Notes under the pieces: generated by a model | Database searches by the model: none | Told to the model about the DNA's origin: nothing | Seen by the model: only the letters and a program-made list of their open reading frames with translations | Part shown: positions 59,791 to 64,000 of the stretch, in pieces | Layout: each line of letters begins with the position of its first letter | Position numbering within the stretch: position 1 is the stretch's first letter | Made by a program: the position numbers and the translations under genes | Assembly: GCF_016433145.1 (NCBI RefSeq) | Contig: NC_058130.1 | Location: 712,152,360-712,216,359 of the forward strand | DNA length: 64,000 nucleotides | From: Gracilinanus agilis | Taxonomy: Eukaryota | Direction of reading: 5' to 3'

Positions 59791-60949
59791 AAACAAAATA
59801 GAAAAATCCATTAATGGAAGGTAAAACAAAGAAGAATATAAAACAATTGAACTCAATCTGGTGTTTAATAAACCTAAATTATCTGGAAAAATCTCTGTTT
59901 AACAGGAATTGCTGGGAAAACTGGAAGAAACTGAAAGAAATTACATTTAGACCAGCATCTTATTCCATATTCCACAATAAATTTAAAATGGATGTATGAC
60001 TTGACTGTTAAAGGCTATACCATAAAAAAATGAAAGAACCAGATTGAAAACTTTCTCAGCAATGGCTACTGGGTTCATTTTAATGAGGCATAGAAACAAT
60101 CACATGCAAATATAAAAATAGTTAATAGCTAAAATATAAAATAATTTTAATGACACAAAATTGAAAAAGTTATAAACAAAATTAGTGTAACTAGAATAAA
60201 AGTGATTGATTGGGGAAAATTTTTATATTAAATATCTCTGAAAAAGGACTGATATCCAAGATAGACAGGATCATCTGTAAAAGTCTTAGTGCAGCTTAGT
60301 TTAAAACTGCACCAAGATTTTTGGGATATGTTGTATAGGCAACTAAAATGTATATTTTTTTAAAATTGAATTTTTTTTATTTTAAAAATATTTTTCCATG
60401 TTTACGTGATTAATTTTCTTTCCTTCCCCCTCCCAAAGGTGACAAGCAATTCCACTGGATTATAAAAATGTTTTCACTTGATGTCTATATTTCCATATTT
60501 TTCATTTTTGCAATAGAGCAATCTTTTAAAACCCAAACTCCAAATCATATACCTATATGAACAATTGATAAGTCATGTTTTTCTTTTGTATTTTTACTCC
60601 CACCCAAAATATCTTTTTAAAAAACCTGATAAGTGGTGGAAAGATATTAACAAATTGTTCTCAAAAGAACTGCAAACCATTAATAGCCATATGAAACAAT
60701 GTTCCAGATCAGTAATAAGAGAAATGTGAATTAAACAGCTCTGAAGTTTTATCTCACACCCAGCAATTAGTAAAGATGACAAGAGGAAAAGTCAGTGTTA
60801 AAGAGGTTGTTGAAAGAAGGCAGTCCATGTTGTACTGCTGGTGGAGGTGTGAATAGGTTTAAACAATCTGAAAAGCAATTTTGAATTATGCAAAGAAAGT
60901 AACTAGAATGTTACTCTGACCCAGAGATTTTGCTGCAAGAAATAAATAA

Positions 60950-61200
60950 CAATAACATATATATAGTGCTCATTATATGCCAGGCACTGTGCTAAGTGTT
61001 TTATGATGATCTCATTTGATCCTTACAAATTCCTGGGAGGTAGTTGTTATTATTATCTCTATTTTATAGATGAGGAAACTAAGGCAAACAAAGATGGAGA
61101 CTTGCCCAGGGTCACAAAGCAAGTAAGCATCTGAGGCTAAATTTGAGCTCTGGTGTTCCTGATTCCAGGCTTAGCAGTCTGTCTATTCATTTCTTCACCT
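60950..61200 (-). mobile_element. MAR1/MIR-type CORE-SINE
   Basis: atgccaggcactgtgctaag...attttatagatgaggaaactaaggc...gacttgcccagggtcaca. Confidence 0.75.
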
Positions 61201-61886
61201 AATGGCTTCCTCCCTCCCATTTTTCCCCTTTCCCCTGGCCAATAATTCCCTTAAGGCATTTAACAGAGAGGTCAATAACAAAAAGAAAGATTCCATCTAT
61301 ACCAAAATATTTATTGCAGGCCTTTTTGTAGAGTGCCTGGGGAATGGTCAAACAAATTATCATTCTGGAATGTAGAGTAATATTATGAGAAATGATGTAC
61401 AAAGAAGCATGGAAAGAAAGACATGTGAATGGATGCAAAGTAGGCACAACAGAAAAAACACACACATATTGACTAAAATAATATAAATAAAAACAACAAA
61501 ACCACTGAAAACACTGGGAAATTATATTGCCCAAATGTGGTCCTCAAGGAGAGGAAAGCACCTTTGCCCTTCTGTAAAGAGATGTGTAACTTTGGAATGT
61601 TGCATATAATGTTAGATTTTTCAATATGTTAGTTTTGCTGAACTGTTTTTCCCTCTCAAATATTTTGCTCTTTGGGAGTTTAGGTAGGGAGGGATATATT
61701 AAGAAATGTAGGTGAAGCAAAAATGAAATTTATCAGTGAATTTTAAAAAAGATTAGTACTTAAAGCTCTAAGATACCCCTGTCATGTAGATAGCATATTG
61801 TTATTGCCATTCTACAGATGAAGAAAGAAGTTCAGAGAAATTAAATGACTTGCCAAAAAAGTCATGAAGTCAAGGATAGTCAGGTT

Positions 61887-62070
61887 TTTTTCTTTTTAAA
61901 CCTTTACTTTCTATCTTAGTAACAACTCTAAGTCAGAAGGGCAAGGGCTAGGCAAATAGTGTTAAGCTACTTGTCCAGGGTTACACAGCTATGAAGTGTC
62001 TGAGTCATATTTGAACCCAGATCCTCTTGACTCGAGGCCTGATGCTTTATCCACTATGCCACCTAGCTGC
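61887..62070 (-). mobile_element. SINE1_Mdo-type SINE
   Basis: aaacctttactttctatcttag...caagggctaggc...atttgaacccag...cctagctgc. Confidence 0.8.
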
Positions 62071-64000
62071 TCTGATAGGTTTCTTGACTCCAAATCTTGT
62101 GCTCTTTCCACTATAATATGAAGGACTTGACTTAACTCTTTTTACAGATTCAAATTTTCACTAAAATCTTCCATCATGTCTCATTCTCGGGTCTCAATGC
62201 TTCTATCAGGAAGCACAAACTGACAAATCCCACTAAGCTGGAAAGGTTCCCTGTTGTATGATTATCACACCAATGGCCTACCTAAATTTAGAGATCCTGA
62301 GCATTTGGTGATAGTTTTTTTTTTAAACCAGTTCATTAAGCCAAAGATTAAGACATGGAAGGGTTAAGAGTAAATTTAATTCAAGAAACATTTACTAAAT
62401 GCCTACTCTGAAACAAACTAAGAGAGGTTAGAATGTTTTGATAAGATAGGTCTTTACCCTTACCACCATTGGAATTGTATATCTTTTGAAATATTGATGG
62501 AAGACATATGAGAAAACTGAGGCTTAGCAAAATTAATTACATTGCTTTTGATCACTCTTAATCTAGTGCTTTCTACTTGATAGGAATAAGGGACTAGACC
62601 TGTGGTTTCACTGGTATAGGAAATTCCTAGCTGAGGAAACTTTTTCTACTTCTGTAGGGATAGCACCTTCTTCCCAATTTACTGTCTTAGAGGGTTTCCT
62701 AGAGCACTAAGAGGTTAAGTGATTTGTTCAGGTTCTCACATCTAGTAAGTGTCACAGGTAGACTTTGAACTCAGTTTTCTGGGCTCCAAGGCAAGTTCTC
62801 TACAACACTGCATTGCTTCCCCCTCTGTTTGATATTAGTGACTGCTTTGTGAGACTAGGATATGACCCCAGAAAACTTATTGGTTCTTTTTTCCCTGGCA
62901 AATAAACAAAAAGTTAACAAATTGATATAGGGCAAACAGTTCCCCAATAGGAACAAACTCAAAGGTAATGGAAAGTCATGGTTTTCAGAAGACCAAACTA
63001 GGATGATTCACTGCCTTAGAATATGCCTGAAACCTTTCCTGTTTCCATATTAGTCAGTAGACTACCTTTGCTGGTTCCAGTGTCTGCTTGTGGCTTTAGT
63101 CCAGGTCTCAGAAGCTTTTGGTTGGATGCAACAGTCTGAACCAGCTACCAGAGGACGACTGGTAGCTGGATACCTGTCATTGGGTAGGCAGAACAAAGGA
63201 AAAATGGTGAAAAAGTAGACCCTACCTGGTTAAACCTAGGAGGAAATTGGTGTCAATCTCAGCTCTCCAAGCCCCATACCAGGTTATATAATCTCAGAAT
63301 CACATGCTATGAGATGGTAAGCACTTTTAGAGACCCATCTAATCCTAATCTCAATACACTCATTTTTATAGACAAGGAAATGGAGGTTCAGAGAGATTCT
63401 AATAAACAGTGGGCATAGTATATGAATTGAAATCTCATTATTCCAAGCTAGTGCTCTTTACCCTGGATCTTGCCACAATATACTCTGCCAGGAATCGGGC
63501 TCTATTCTTTGTAGAAGTTAGCTAATTCCCATAGGCTATTGAGAACGGAAAGGGTGAGAACCCAGTCTAGAATGGGTTGCTAGAATTTAGCATTTAGAAG
63601 AGACCTTAAAGATTTGGTTCAACCCCTCCTTCAAATTATAGACGAGAAAGTTTAAGGCCTAGAAAGAGAAAGTGACAAGTTTAAAATCACGTCACTGATA
63701 AGCAGGCTGGAACCCAAGGCTTTGATTCCCTATTCAGTGTCCTTTCCTTTCTGATCCAACTTTCTCCTATGGCTTAAAAACTGCTGCAGAGAGGCTAGCT
63801 ATCTTTGCTGGATTGCTTTCTAGTTGGGGACAAATCTTGCTATTATCGCCCAAAGTAGGACTGTTCAAGTAAGGAAGACCCTAGGTTTCATTCAATCTCA
63901 TGCAACAAATATCTTTTTACCAAGCTTCCTCATCTGTAAATTTGGTCCGGTAATTTTGGATACTCCAATACCACCCCCTGGCCTCAGGGGGCTTCCAGTT

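Larger units (their letters stand above)
59530..61740 (+). mobile_element. Fragmented L1 ORF2 and 3' UTR with nested SINE1, antisense L1 tail and MAR1
   Basis: cagacctcaaattatataaagca (PDLKLYYKA-like), tgctgggaaaactgg, then 3' UTR to ~61740. Confidence 0.7.

Noticed and set aside
38300-64000. Loss of TECR
   Set aside because: Marsupial intergenic distances are often longer, so TECR may lie beyond the window. Absence here is not evidence of loss.
1-64000. CRISPR arrays, operons, prophage, rRNA or snoRNA genes
   Set aside because: The sequence is mammalian. The recurring short repeats are TSDs, SINE copies or microsatellites, and I recognised no structured RNA gene.

Overview
Marsupial genomic DNA, most likely a didelphid opossum (inferred from SINE1_Mdo-type, MAR1/MIR, RTE, L2, L3/CR1 and opossum-type L1 repeats). 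It carries the conserved vertebrate block PTGER1 - GIPC1 - DNAJB1, all on the minus strand. All three genes have intact ORFs and GT-AG introns: PTGER1 376 aa, GIPC1 333 aa, DNAJB1 340 aa. The rest is mainly transposable-element sequence, especially 1-7 kb and 38.5-64 kb. I found no prokaryotic features and no convincing new protein-coding gene or new biological system. The leads most worth checking are: a hAT MITE family carrying a near-consensus CTCF site (two copies bracketing the genes); an orphan CpG-rich promoter-like region plus an unexplained LTR-like segment where PKN1 lies in human; a TSD-flanked internally deleted L1; a paired ZNF143 site; a promoter-like or poly(A) cluster in DNAJB1 intron 1; and stacked insertions at reused target sites. 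Gene boundaries were counted by hand. Repeat family names and most repeat boundaries come from recognition, not database searches, and are approximate.
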